A stretch of 55,639 nucleotides of DNA from an uncultured Leptotrichia sp. GTDB lineage: Bacteria; Fusobacteriota; Fusobacteriia; Fusobacteriales; Leptotrichiaceae. The stretch covers positions 1 through 55,639 of the forward strand of contig CAUUWI010000001.1 of NCBI GenBank assembly GCA_963548925.1. Reading direction: 5' to 3'. A program made the translations under genes and the position numbers. The notes below the pieces were generated by a model. It had not been told where the DNA came from and made no database searches. It saw only the letters and a program-made list of their open reading frames with translations. Below, piece by piece: positions 1 through 10,069 of this stretch. Every line of letters begins with the position of its first letter. The first letter of the stretch is position 1.

Positions 1-35
1 CTTATCTGTTTTCCTATTACTCACAGACAAGAAAT

Positions 36-64
36 ATAATATCATATTTAATTTTGTTTGTCAA
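36..64 (-). promoter_or_regulatory. sigma70-type promoter firing leftward out of the window
   Basis: Minus strand reads TTGACA (64-59), 17 nt spacer, TATTAT (41-36), with an extended -10 TG. Confidence 0.65.
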
Positions 65-110
65 CAACTTTTATAAAAAAATTTTGAGTTTCTTTAAAAT
101 TTATTATTTT

Positions 111-701
111 TTACATTTTTATTACTATTATTTTCTGCAATCCATTCAATTCATGTTCAATTTCGTCATTTGCCAATATTTTCATAGTAACTCTATTTGA
201 ATAATTCTTTTCAAATATTTCTATTCCAAATTTTTGTGTATTTGCATTTAAAAAAGTTTCTATTTCTGAAGTATATTCATAATCATAATCCAGAATGAAA
301 ATGGATTTTTCCACATATTCTACAATTTCTGCCTCATTAACAGCTAATTTTGCAGTCTTGGCATAATTTCTTATAAGCCCCCCTGCACCTAGTTTTATCC
401 CACCAAAATATCTCGTTGCAACTATTGCCACATTATACACATCCAGAATATTAAGTATTTCCGCCATCGGTTTTCCCGCTGTATTGCTTGGCTCTCCATC
501 ATCATTATATTTAAAATATTCCTGTCCATTTTCCATAACCCTGTAAAGCGGCACATTGTGAGTTGCATTTGGATGTATCTTTTTTATTGAATCAATAAAC
601 TTTTCTGCTTCATTTACTGTCGAAACTGGCTTAATATACCCAATAAACTTCGATTTTTTTTCTTCAAATTCAATTATTGTTTCCTTTTGTACAGTTTTCA
701 A
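111..701 (-). CDS. yigZ: YigZ/IMPACT family protein
   Basis: KSKFIG, ATHN, DDGEPSNTAGKP and RYFGGIKLGAGGLIRNY motifs; TTG start with GGAGG RBS. Confidence 0.92.
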   Translation of the reverse strand: MKTVQKETIIEFEEKKSKFIGYIKPVSTVNEAEKFIDSIKKIHPNATHNVPLYRVMENGQEYFKYNDDGEPSNTAGKPMAEILNILDVYNVAIVATRYFGGIKLGAGGLIRNYAKTAKLAVNEAEIVEYVEKSIFILDYDYEYTSEIETFLNANTQKFGIEIFEKNYSNRVTMKILANDEIEHELNGLQKIIVIKM

Positions 702-767
702 ATTATTCCTCCTTTCTTTTTATTAAACTGCTTTTTATAAATTTAAAAGATATTACCATGTTATCAT

Positions 768-816
768 AAAAACAAAACTCAGACAACTTATTTTTCAATT
801 AAGCTCATCTGAGTTT
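768..816 (-). terminator. intrinsic terminator after the 826-1314 gene
   Basis: Inverted repeat AAACTCAGA (775-783) / TCTGAGTTT (808-816) followed by a T run on the minus strand. Confidence 0.55.
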
Positions 817-825
817 CTATAATTT

Positions 826-1314
826 TTATTGAGTTATTGGCTGTATCTGTACATGTCCTTTCAATTGTTTAAATTTATTTGTATTTGCGAATTTCTTTTG
901 AATTCTCTCATAATCTACATCTGTCAACTTTTTAGCTTCTGCTCCATCCGAAAACATATTTTTCATAAATATTGCTGCTTCAACTGTGCCAAATACTTCT
1001 ATATCATCTTTTTTATTATCTTCCAACGCTTTTTCGGAAACTTTTATATTTTCAATATCATTTATATAATCATCAACAAGTCTGATTTTGTTTCCTGTTT
1101 CTAAATATCCTTCAGCTTTTTTCCTAAAATTACTCAAAACTTGTGCATATTCCTGACTATTTAATTCTTTTGTATTCCTTTTTATAGTATCTGTTTTTTT
1201 CACATTTTGATTTTTCCCAATTTTATTCGTTGTTTTTGCATTTCCAATATAGCTTATGCTCATTAAAAGTAATACAGCTCCAATTAATTTTCTACTTTTT
1301 TTCATTTTTACCAA
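826..1314 (-). CDS. hypothetical exported protein
   Basis: 162 aa ORF with a basic N-terminus, hydrophobic core and GNA cleavage-like site; AAGGAG RBS; start may be ATG at 1305. Confidence 0.7.
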   Translation of the reverse strand: MVKMKKSRKLIGAVLLLMSISYIGNAKTTNKIGKNQNVKKTDTIKRNTKELNSQEYAQVLSNFRKKAEGYLETGNKIRLVDDYINDIENIKVSEKALEDNKKDDIEVFGTVEAAIFMKNMFSDGAEAKKLTDVDYERIQKKFANTNKFKQLKGHVQIQPITQ

Positions 1315-1444
1315 TTCTCCTTTTCATTTTAATATTTTGCTGTTTTATAATAACTCAAAATTCTAAATTTTGTTATTGAATATCCTTTTATTTTTCTTAA
1401 ACTTTACGTTTCACTTTTAGTTTTGATATTTTACACAGCAAAAA

Positions 1445-2617
1445 TTAACTTTTTATATGATTTTGACTTTCTTTTTGAGATTTCTCATTTTTTTCTTTTT
1501 CCTGTTTCTTTCTATTTTCGAAAATTTCATCCAACAACTTAATTACTCTTGTGTTTTCAAAATCTTTTCTATACTTATTTACAATATTTTCATCTGCAAC
1601 TGCCATCATTTGAGCAATTGATAAATAAATTTCAAGTTCTGCTTCTTCATTAAAATATACGTCTTCATAAGTTACATCTTTTGTTGAAACGTTTTCCAGA
1701 TAATATTTTACTGCACTTTCAACACCATAATTCATCATATTTTTTGTTATTTTTGCTTCAGCAATTTTTAATTGATACCCTCTCACATAATCATCAGATA
1801 TTCCAAATTCTTTCTGATTTTTACCTACTTTAAAATAATCAATTATTCGTTGATATTTATCAATTTCATCCTTTTGCTCCTTTAACATGTCTTTTCCGTT
1901 ATTCAGAATTTCTTTTACACTTTCTGAATACTTTTGCATTTCACTCTCGTTTTCTTCTTCCTCTACCAAATCATCTTTATCACTTTTTTCATTTTTAATA
2001 ATCCCTTTTTTGTCATCATAAGAAAATCCATTTGGCAAATCATTTGCATGGTTATTATTATCAGTGTCAGAGCCTTCATCAATCAAAAATTTTCCCAATG
2101 TATCTATAAACAGAATTATATCTAGATTATTGTCTACAATATTGATTAAATCAAAAATGACCGTTCCCTTATAATTTTTTTTCAATAAATTATAATATTT
2201 TTTTTTGCTTTTCTCATCGCCTTTTAGCTTGTAATAAGTCCATTCATTTGACAATTTATCAAATTTTGACCAATATGGCGTAATTTTATCCATATATTCC
2301 CTTGCTTTTTTAAAATCTTTTTTTTCTCCTACCATGTATGCAGAAGCAATAATTGTCCCCAATGTATCATTTCTTTCGTCTTTCTGAAAAATTTCCTTTA
2401 ATCTTGTAAAATTTTCATTTTCTTCTCCATCTTCAGTATAAAAATCCTTTCCATCTTTCATATCATATTGAAATTTTATTGTTTCATCAATAACTTCCTG
2501 TTTTATTCCAATTTTTGAAAGTTTATCCTGAGTTAATTCTGCTCGTGTATACGCTGATAATTCGTAACTTAAAGTTAAAAAGAATGGCAATGACAACGAT
2601 ATAAAAATTTTTTTCAT
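1445..2617 (-). CDS. hypothetical exported helical protein, paralog of the 2651-3532 gene
   Basis: Signal peptide MKKIFISLSLPFFLTLSYELSA; GGAGG RBS; shared LSK.G.KQE.IDETI and QKDERN blocks. Confidence 0.75.
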   Translation of the reverse strand: MKKIFISLSLPFFLTLSYELSAYTRAELTQDKLSKIGIKQEVIDETIKFQYDMKDGKDFYTEDGEENENFTRLKEIFQKDERNDTLGTIIASAYMVGEKKDFKKAREYMDKITPYWSKFDKLSNEWTYYKLKGDEKSKKKYYNLLKKNYKGTVIFDLINIVDNNLDIILFIDTLGKFLIDEGSDTDNNNHANDLPNGFSYDDKKGIIKNEKSDKDDLVEEEENESEMQKYSESVKEILNNGKDMLKEQKDEIDKYQRIIDYFKVGKNQKEFGISDDYVRGYQLKIAEAKITKNMMNYGVESAVKYYLENVSTKDVTYEDVYFNEEAELEIYLSIAQMMAVADENIVNKYRKDFENTRVIKLLDEIFENRKKQEKEKNEKSQKESQNHIKS

Positions 2618-2650
2618 AGTTCCTCCTACAATAAATATAAACTACACTTT

Positions 2651-3532
2651 TTAATTTAACATTTTTGACAAAAAATCCTTATCTTTTTCAATTTCACTTT
2701 GAATTTTTTTCCCAATCCAGCTATCTTCTAATTTTACCCCATTTGATATTTTCAAAAATTCTTCAGAAATTTGTTCATTCATTATTACAACATTATAATA
2801 CAGCACCACTTCAGCTCGAAGATTGTAATTTCTGACTTCCTCACTTACACTATCATCCGTAATGTTATTCAAATATTCTGTAACGGCCTGTTTTATTTCT
2901 CCCTTATTAAAGTAAGCGTGTATTTTGTTCAAATAATAAGTCAGCTTCATAAAATAATATTCTTCGTCAGAAACTCCCACTCTTTTTCTATCATTTTCAT
3001 TTTTTAATAATTCCAGAATTTTTCCTGTGAGTAATTGCTTTTCATTTAAATCTTTTGTAACAAAAAGTTTTGATAACGTTATTATAATTGGATCTTTATA
3101 TTTTTTTGAAATTTCATTCATATATTTCTCAAAAGTTCCAATATCATTATTATCCAAAGCATACATCATCTTTGAAAATGTTTTTTCATATTCATACGGC
3201 GTATATTTTTCAAATAAATCTAAATATTTTTTATAATTTCCACTTATTTTAGTTTCAAAAATTGTAACTAAAGCTTGTGAAACTATATAATTTCTTTCAT
3301 CTTTCTGAAGTAATCTTTCTAGCTTTTTTACTCTCTCTCGAATAACTTTTTCGTCATCTTCAAAATATCGGGTATCTCGAATTTCATAATTAAGTGCTAT
3401 TGTTTCATCTATTAATTCCTGTTTTACTCCAAGTTTTGACAACGTTTGCTGAATTTTTTCTTTTTGCGTAAATGCGGATATTTCAAAATTTATCATTAAA
3501 AATATTCCTAAAATCAAAAACAATCTTTTCAT
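2651..3532 (-). CDS. hypothetical exported helical protein, paralog of the 1445-2617 gene
   Basis: Signal peptide MKRLFLILGIFLMINFEISA starting at ATG 3532 (ORF track start 3565 is probably too long). Confidence 0.75.
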   Translation of the reverse strand: MKRLFLILGIFLMINFEISAFTQKEKIQQTLSKLGVKQELIDETIALNYEIRDTRYFEDDEKVIRERVKKLERLLQKDERNYIVSQALVTIFETKISGNYKKYLDLFEKYTPYEYEKTFSKMMYALDNNDIGTFEKYMNEISKKYKDPIIITLSKLFVTKDLNEKQLLTGKILELLKNENDRKRVGVSDEEYYFMKLTYYLNKIHAYFNKGEIKQAVTEYLNNITDDSVSEEVRNYNLRAEVVLYYNVVIMNEQISEEFLKISNGVKLEDSWIGKKIQSEIEKDKDFLSKMLN

Positions 3533-3737
3533 CTTTACCACATCCTTAAAATTTTGTAAAAGCATTTTCTGCGATGCAATATCAAATTTGATTTAACACT
3601 ATATTATATCCCATATTTTTGATTTTTAAAAACCTTTTTATTAATATTTCTAATTATTTTAAAATATTTCCAAATTTTTTTAAATTCAACTGATAAAAAT
3701 TAAACAAATCAAAATTTAAACAAAATGGCTGTAATTC

Positions 3738-4502
3738 TTAAAAAGTCAAAACAATGTTTATTCCAGCTAATTTAAGAAAAAAATCTGCAATCGTTAAAAA
3801 TCCCTGTGCCAAAACCGTACTTCCTAGATAAACAATCACAAATATAATTAAAATCCCGTATTTTTCAATTTTATTATAAAATTCCATAACTTTTTTTCCA
3901 GAAAAAGAATAAATTATTCTTCCTCCATCCAACGGTGTTATCGGTATCAAATTAAACAATCCAAGTAATAAATTTATTAAATAGGTATATAGAAGAATTG
4001 TCATAAATACATCTTCAGTATCCAAATATTTTCCCATAACTTTTAATAAAACAAGTGAAATTGCAGAAATAATAAAATTTACAACTATTCCCGCAATCGC
4101 AACACAAAACAGCCCACTTCTAGAGGGTTTCAAATTATCAAAATTTACTGGAACAGGCTTTGCCCATCCCACTAGAAATTTAAATCCGCTTAAAAGTATT
4201 AAAATCGGCAAAATTATTCCTGTCAAATCCAAATGCTTTAAAGGATTTAATGTAATCCTTCCAGCTCTTTTTGCAGTATCATCGCCAAATTTATAGGCTA
4301 CATATCCGTGTGCCACTTCGTGAAATGTCATTGACACCACAAACACAGCAAGTGAAATTATCATACTACTTGAAATTTCCACAACAAAAAAAATTTTTGC
4401 AACAAAATAAATAATAATTGTAATAATAATCCCAAATTTTATTTCTGAATATTGAGGATTCATAATTTTAAACCTATCATAATATTCTTGTATTTTTTTC
4501 AC
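3738..4502 (-). CDS. site-2 protease family (M50) membrane metallopeptidase
   Basis: HEVAH zinc motif, TLNPLKHLD, GWAKPVPVN and NLIPITPLDG; several TM segments. Confidence 0.92.
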   Translation of the reverse strand: MKKIQEYYDRFKIMNPQYSEIKFGIIITIIIYFVAKIFFVVEISSSMIISLAVFVVSMTFHEVAHGYVAYKFGDDTAKRAGRITLNPLKHLDLTGIILPILILLSGFKFLVGWAKPVPVNFDNLKPSRSGLFCVAIAGIVVNFIISAISLVLLKVMGKYLDTEDVFMTILLYTYLINLLLGLFNLIPITPLDGGRIIYSFSGKKVMEFYNKIEKYGILIIFVIVYLGSTVLAQGFLTIADFFLKLAGINIVLTF

Positions 4503-4908
4503 AAAATTTCCTTTCCCAAAATAAATTTTTAATTATTTATTTTTCTTTAAATTTCCACTTCTATATCTTTTTTCCCAAATACCATACCAATTTTCACAAT
4601 ATTATCGTAAATTTTTTTCAATTTTCCTTTTTCTTCCCAAGTTCATCACCCAATTTATTTGTTATTTAAGTCAATTATACCAAATTTTCCTAAAAATAAC
4701 AAAGTATTTTAAAAAAAGCGACAGAGTAAAAATTTTAGAGGTAGTTTTTTTTATGAATTTTTCAAACAAATAAATTTTAAGTTTTTGATAAAAAAATCTA
4801 TTTAAAATTAATTTTTTTTGAGATACCCATGATAGAAGTTTTTTATTTGTTCCCAAAAACTTTATTCCATCTAAAAAAAGCAGTCAAAAAAAGTTTTGTT
4901 GTATTGTT

Positions 4909-5015
4909 TATACTAAACCCCATTTGAATAACGAACTTATTATAAACTTTTTTAGTAATGGATAAAAGCCTAATATTTTAATATAATTTTCGCTTTTTAA
5001 ACGGGGAATAGTATT
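4909..5015. mobile_element. 107 bp MITE-like repeat, copy 1
   Basis: Imperfect terminal inverted repeats TACTAAACCCCATTT...AAACGGGGAATAGTA; one mismatch to the copy at 13920-14026. Confidence 0.8.
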
Positions 5016-5061
5016 AATAACTGCCCCTAAATATTTTACTCCATCAATAGAAAATTTGTAA

Positions 5062-5090
5062 TTGCAAAAAATGTCATATTATATTATAAT
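5062..5090 (+). promoter_or_regulatory. sigma70 promoter of the alpha/beta hydrolase gene
   Basis: TTGCAA (5062-5067), 17 nt, TATAAT (5085-5090). Confidence 0.6.
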
Positions 5091-5161
5091 AAACATATGT
5101 AATTCTCGAAAATTAGTAAAAAAACTGAAATTTTGATTAACAATTTTCAGAAAGGAAAATA

Positions 5162-6052
5162 ATGGAAAAACGATATTTTGAAAGTTTTGATAATAAAAAA
5201 ATTCCTTATTTATTTTTTGAATCAAAAAAGAAGAAATATAAAAATAATGTTGTGATATTTCATGGAATGATAGAGCCAGTTGACAGATATGTTGAGTTTG
5301 GAAATTTTTTAGCTTCTAATGGATATAACGTATTTGTTATGGAAATTCGTGGACATGGGGAGTTGAAAAAAGATAATATTGGTGATTTTGGAAAAGGTGG
5401 GATAAAATCTGTTTTTAAAGATATTGACATCTTTTTTTCAAAAATTTTGAGCCAAATTGGAACAAATCCCAATAATACTACAATTTTTGGACATAGTATG
5501 GGTTCTTTGATTGGAATAAAATGGGGAATTAAGAATAATTATAAATATTTTATTTTATCAGGATTCCCTTTGAAAAAACAATTAGAAGTTACAGGTGGAA
5601 ATATTGTGGCTCTTTTGGAAAGGATGATTTTCAAAAAAATTTCTATATTTAACAAAGTTTTTAGCAAATGGAATGAAAATTTTGAACCAAATAAAACAAA
5701 ATTTGATTGGCTAACACGAAATGAAACTGAAAATAAAGAATACGAAAATAATGAACTGTGTGGCTATCCTGTTACACCAAAATTCTTTTCTGGAATTTTT
5801 TCTACAATGAGATTTATTAACAAAAATTATAAAAGATTAGACGAATATACAAAAATATTGACAATTTATGGAACGGATGACAAAGTAATTGATATTGAGT
5901 ATATTAACAAAATTTTTAATTCCTTGCGAAAGAAAAAAAGAAGAATAAATATTCTTGAAAACAAAAATGGGAGGCACGAATCCCTTAATGAAACAAATAA
6001 ACACGAGATTTATGATGAAATTTTAAAATGGCTAAATTCAAAAGATTTTTAA
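5162..6052 (+). CDS. alpha/beta hydrolase, lysophospholipase-like
   Basis: HG oxyanion motif, RGHG, nucleophile GHSMG, catalytic D in GTDDKV and H in RHE. Confidence 0.9.
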   Translation: MEKRYFESFDNKKIPYLFFESKKKKYKNNVVIFHGMIEPVDRYVEFGNFLASNGYNVFVMEIRGHGELKKDNIGDFGKGGIKSVFKDIDIFFSKILSQIGTNPNNTTIFGHSMGSLIGIKWGIKNNYKYFILSGFPLKKQLEVTGGNIVALLERMIFKKISIFNKVFSKWNENFEPNKTKFDWLTRNETENKEYENNELCGYPVTPKFFSGIFSTMRFINKNYKRLDEYTKILTIYGTDDKVIDIEYINKIFNSLRKKKRRINILENKNGRHESLNETNKHEIYDEILKWLNSKDF

Positions 6053-6109
6053 TTTATAATAAAAAATTTAAAAAAATTGCAAAAAAGAATAAATTTTTAT
6101 CAAAAAATA

Positions 6110-6118
6110 TGATATAAT
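6110..6118 (+). promoter_or_regulatory. extended -10 element upstream of mreB
   Basis: TGATATAAT about 30 nt before the mreB ATG and its AGGAGG RBS. Confidence 0.5.
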
Positions 6119-6148
6119 TAAGGAAGTTAATTTTAAATAGGAGGAAAA

Positions 6149-7180
6149 ATGGGAGCATTTGATTTTGTAAAAATATTTAGAGTAAATAAAAGTATCTCAA
6201 TAGATTTGGGAACTGCGAATATACTAATTTATGATAAACAAAGAAAAAAAATAGTATTAAATGAGCCATCTGTGGTTGCAAGAGATAGAAAAACTGGAAA
6301 ATTAATCGCAGTTGGAAGAGAAGCCAGAGAAATGTTAGGTAAAACTCCCGATAGCATTCAAGCTATCAAACCTTTGCAAGACGGAGTTATTGCGGACATT
6401 GACTCAACAAAGGAAATGATTACATACTTTATTCATAAAATTTATGGAAATTCATTATTTAAACCTGAAGTAATGATTTGTGTACCAATTGAAGTTACAA
6501 GTGTGGAAAGAAAAGCCTTGTTTGATGCAGTAAAAGGTGCGAAAAAAACATACATTATTGAAGAAGGAAGAGCGGCTATTATCGGTTCAGGAGTGGATAT
6601 TTCACAACCAGAAGGAAGCATGGTAATTGATATAGGTGGAGGTTCTACAGACATCGCTATTTTATCGCTTGATGAAATTATAGCAAGTAAATCGATAAGA
6701 ATTGCTGGAAATAAATTTGATGAAGATATTGTAAAATATGTTAAGAGAAAATACAATTTGTTAATCGGTGACAGAACTGCGGAAAAAATTAAGAAAGAAT
6801 TAGGTTCAGCCTTAAAATATCAATCACCTGACATTATGGAAATTAAAGGAAGAGATTTGGAAACTGGAATCCCTAATACTGTTGAAGTAAATGCAAATGA
6901 AATTTATGAAGCAATTGAAGATTCTTTATTTCAAATTGTAAACTCTACAAAAGAAGTTCTTGAAAAATGTCCACCTGAACTGGCGGCAGACATTTTGGAC
7001 AACGGAATTGTAATGACTGGTGGAGGTTCACTAATCAAAAACTTTATTGATATGATGGAAAAAGAAGTTGGAATCAAAGTGTTCTTATCTCCAAATCCAT
7101 TGGATTCAGTAGTTTTAGGTGGAGGAGCCGCATTTGACAACAAGAAATTATTAAGAACTCTTCAAATGAAAGAAAATTAA
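6149..7180 (+). CDS. mreB: rod shape-determining protein MreB
   Basis: IDLGTAN, NEPSVVA, DIGGGSTD, TAEKIKKELG and MTGGGSL actin-like motifs. Confidence 0.96.
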   Translation: MGAFDFVKIFRVNKSISIDLGTANILIYDKQRKKIVLNEPSVVARDRKTGKLIAVGREAREMLGKTPDSIQAIKPLQDGVIADIDSTKEMITYFIHKIYGNSLFKPEVMICVPIEVTSVERKALFDAVKGAKKTYIIEEGRAAIIGSGVDISQPEGSMVIDIGGGSTDIAILSLDEIIASKSIRIAGNKFDEDIVKYVKRKYNLLIGDRTAEKIKKELGSALKYQSPDIMEIKGRDLETGIPNTVEVNANEIYEAIEDSLFQIVNSTKEVLEKCPPELAADILDNGIVMTGGGSLIKNFIDMMEKEVGIKVFLSPNPLDSVVLGGGAAFDNKKLLRTLQMKEN

Positions 7181-7219
7181 TATTTGTTGTTAATTTAAAA
7201 AAAGAGAAAATGAGACAAA

Positions 7220-8173
7220 ATGAAATTACAGGAAATAACTGAAAAATTTAAAAATGAAATAAATCAGGATAAAATAAGTGCAAGTTACCTCTTTTACGGC
7301 GATAAGAGAGTTGACTTGTTTTCTTATGCACTAATGTTTTCAAAAATAATTATGACAAAGGATGTGCTGAATGACTCTGAAAAAGAAAAAATAGGACGAC
7401 TTATTGACAATTTCCAGCATCCTGACATTGAAATAATAAATAAAAACAACGAAAATATAAAAATTGATGAAGTGCGGGAAATTATCTATTCATCAATAGA
7501 ATCTTCCTTCAATTCACCAAAAAAAATATTTATCCTGTGCGGAATCGAAAATTTGCGAAAAGAATCTTCAAACGCACTTTTAAAAATTTTGGAAGAACCT
7601 CCGCAAAACGTATACTTCATACTTCTATCAAGAACATTAAATATCATTTCCACAATAAAATCCCGTACAATCAAATTTCACCTTTCTGGAATGAACAATG
7701 ATGAACTGGGAGTCAGCAAAGAAATTTATTATTTTTTTGACGGAAATGAAAATGATATTTTGGAATTTAAGAGGCAAAATCTCTCACTTGATGATATTGA
7801 ATTTAAAATTAATACTGTGGAAGATATTTTGCAAATTATTTTTGAGATGAAAAATTATACAATTGGGGAACTTGTTATAAAAAATAATCTGGATTTAACG
7901 ATAAAATATAATAAAAGTGTTGAATTGCTGGCACGTCGAATACGTTTATGGGATATTGAAAATGTGTATTTTTTTATAAATGAAATTGAAAATGAACTAA
8001 AAAAGGAAAAGGAATTTCTGATAAGTTTTCTTTCAAAAATCATTATAAATGTTAAGCATTCTGTGGAAGCGTATGAATTGAAAAAATTGATAAATTTGAA
8101 AAATAGCATTAAGAACAATGTAAATGTGAAAAGTGTGATTTTTAACTTTTTTGATATTTTACAAAATTCTTAA
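7220..8173 (+). CDS. holB: DNA polymerase III delta-prime subunit
   Basis: HPD, IKIDEVR, SNALLKILEEPP and TIKSR clamp-loader motifs. Confidence 0.85.
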   Translation: MKLQEITEKFKNEINQDKISASYLFYGDKRVDLFSYALMFSKIIMTKDVLNDSEKEKIGRLIDNFQHPDIEIINKNNENIKIDEVREIIYSSIESSFNSPKKIFILCGIENLRKESSNALLKILEEPPQNVYFILLSRTLNIISTIKSRTIKFHLSGMNNDELGVSKEIYYFFDGNENDILEFKRQNLSLDDIEFKINTVEDILQIIFEMKNYTIGELVIKNNLDLTIKYNKSVELLARRIRLWDIENVYFFINEIENELKKEKEFLISFLSKIIINVKHSVEAYELKKLINLKNSIKNNVNVKSVIFNFFDILQNS

Positions 8174-8217
8174 AATTGAGAGAATAAAATTAATAAAAAT
8201 TCAAACATATTTACAAT

Positions 8218-9077
8218 TTAATTTTTATCCTTTACTACCGGAACCCAAAGTTCCATTTCATAATTTGGATTGTACATATTAAACTTCAAAATCAGGTGTT
8301 CCAGCGTGTTGTCTATAACCTTGTTGTGGAAAAAATGTCCCTATCACATATTTCCAGCCTTCGTGAATACAATTTGGAACACTCCCTTTCAATTTCACTA
8401 CAGCATATTCAGATTCAGGGACTTCAAGAATACTCAGTCCTAAATCTTTTGCCTTGTCAGTATTTTGAGCATCATATCCAGCCATATAGCTTACTGTATG
8501 CTTGCTTTCAGGATTTTCTTTTTCATTTTTCTCGATTTCATAGCATGCTCCATAACTTTGTCCATTTCCTAAACTTTCCAATTTTTCCTCAGATACTTTC
8601 TTAAAAAGTTTGTCCCAGACATTAGGAAAATCACCGCCTTCTTCAACTCTTTCTGCCACGCCTGCAACTTTAAAAGCCGATTTTTTCATAATTTTGATGT
8701 CCATGTTTTTTCCTCCTTCAACACTTAAAGATAATCTTATAGGAGAAAAAATTTGAAATGCACTTCCTTTCCTGACTTCCTTTGGCGTATGTCCATGAAA
8801 TTTTTTGAATGCCAAAGAAAATGAATCTTGAGATTCATAGCCGTATTTAAAGGCTATTTCTATTATCTTTTTCTCAGTTTCACGTAAATCTATCGCAGCA
8901 CAGCTTAACTTTTTAAAGCGAATATACTCACTTAACGGATAATCCACCATAATTGAGAACATTCTACTAAACAGCGGATATGAATATCCAGAAAGCAATG
9001 CAATTCTTTCTCTCGTCAATTCTATCAGTCAAGGTATCTTCGATATATTTCATCGTTTCATTAAATGCCTTAATCAT
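8218..9077 (-). pseudogene. AraC-family regulator with GyrI-like effector domain, two frameshifts
   Basis: N-terminus MIKAFNETMKYIEDTLTDRIDERK (ATG 9077) is out of frame with the HTH; the C-terminus NMYNPNYEMELWVPVVKDKN lies in another frame after the premature stop at 8279. Confidence 0.85.
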
Positions 9078-9280
9078 AGTTGATCTTCTTTTTATGCACA
9101 GAGTTATTATATCATAGTTCTTGAATATATTGTACTCTAAAATTTGTAAATTTAAAAGTTTTAGAAGTATTTTCTATGATAATGTTATTCATCTCACAGA
9201 TAGGGTCACGAGTGTTCTAACACTATTCATAAATTATTTTGATGCTTTCAGTATTTATCTAGCTATTTATATTAATTTTT

Positions 9281-9847
9281 TTATTTCATGTTATATTTAT
9301 TCATTAATTTTGAAGTTGTCATATTGTCCTTTATGTCGTCTATCAGATTAAAAATTTTTTCTCTTGAATCTTTTACAATTTCTTTTTCTTCAGGTGAAAG
9401 TTTTCCCAGCACGAATCCAATTGTTTCTTCTTTTGTCTTAGGTTTTCCAATTCCAAACTTTATTCTGATAAATTCATTTCCTACATGAGAAATAATAGAC
9501 TTTATTCCGTTATGTCCGCCAGCACTTCCATTTTGCCTGATTTTTAATTTTCCAAATGGCATATCCATATCGTCATAAATCACAAAAAGCTCTGTTTTAG
9601 GGTCAATTTTAAAAAATCTGACTGCTTCTCCAACAGCTTCTCCGCTTAGGTTCATAAAAGTAACAGGTTTTTGGTAAAATACCTTATTATTGTTATAATT
9701 AGTCTGTATGAAAAGTGATTTAAACTTTTCTCTCATATCTGTTATATTTTTTTCCTTCAGATATTCATCAATAAATATAAATCCAATATTATGTCTAGTT
9801 AATTTATATTGTTCTCCTGGATTTCCCAGCCCAACTATTAATTTCAT
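9281..9847 (-). CDS. pth: peptidyl-tRNA hydrolase
   Basis: MKLIVGLGNPG, TRHNIGF, FMNLSG and GSAGGHNG; ATG 9847 follows a GAAGGAG RBS. Confidence 0.96.
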   Translation of the reverse strand: MKLIVGLGNPGEQYKLTRHNIGFIFIDEYLKEKNITDMREKFKSLFIQTNYNNNKVFYQKPVTFMNLSGEAVGEAVRFFKIDPKTELFVIYDDMDMPFGKLKIRQNGSAGGHNGIKSIISHVGNEFIRIKFGIGKPKTKEETIGFVLGKLSPEEKEIVKDSREKIFNLIDDIKDNMTTSKLMNKYNMK

Positions 9848-10007
9848 TAAAGTTTTTTCTCCTTCTTTATTATTTTTCTTCATAAATTATACCAAATTTA
9901 TAAACGAAATACAAAAATAATAATTTAGCAAAAAGTTTAAAAATGAGATAGCTATTAAATAAAATTTAATTTTTAAAAATTTAGAGCTAGGATTTCATAA
10001 AATAAAT

Positions 10008-10037
10008 TTGAATAATAAGCATATGTTATGATATAAT
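10008..10037 (+). promoter_or_regulatory. promoter of the kdsC-fakAB-birA run
   Basis: TTGAAT, 18 nt, TATAAT with extended TG. Confidence 0.55.
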
Positions 10038-10069
10038 AATGATAAGCTGTTAATAAAATTGGAGAAAAA

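Noticed and set aside
4671..4856. 61 aa ORF in the intergenic region
   Set aside because: Low-complexity translation, no RBS, and it overlaps an extended -10 (TGGTATAAT) promoter
7220..8173. HolB lacking the usual zinc-binding cysteines and a clear Walker A
   Set aside because: Delta-prime is non-catalytic and often degenerate; not evidence of a new function
9121..9351. 76 aa plus-strand ORF and palindrome AGTGTTCTAACACT (9211-9224)
   Set aside because: The ORF has no recognisable features; the palindrome is single and short, so no function can be supported
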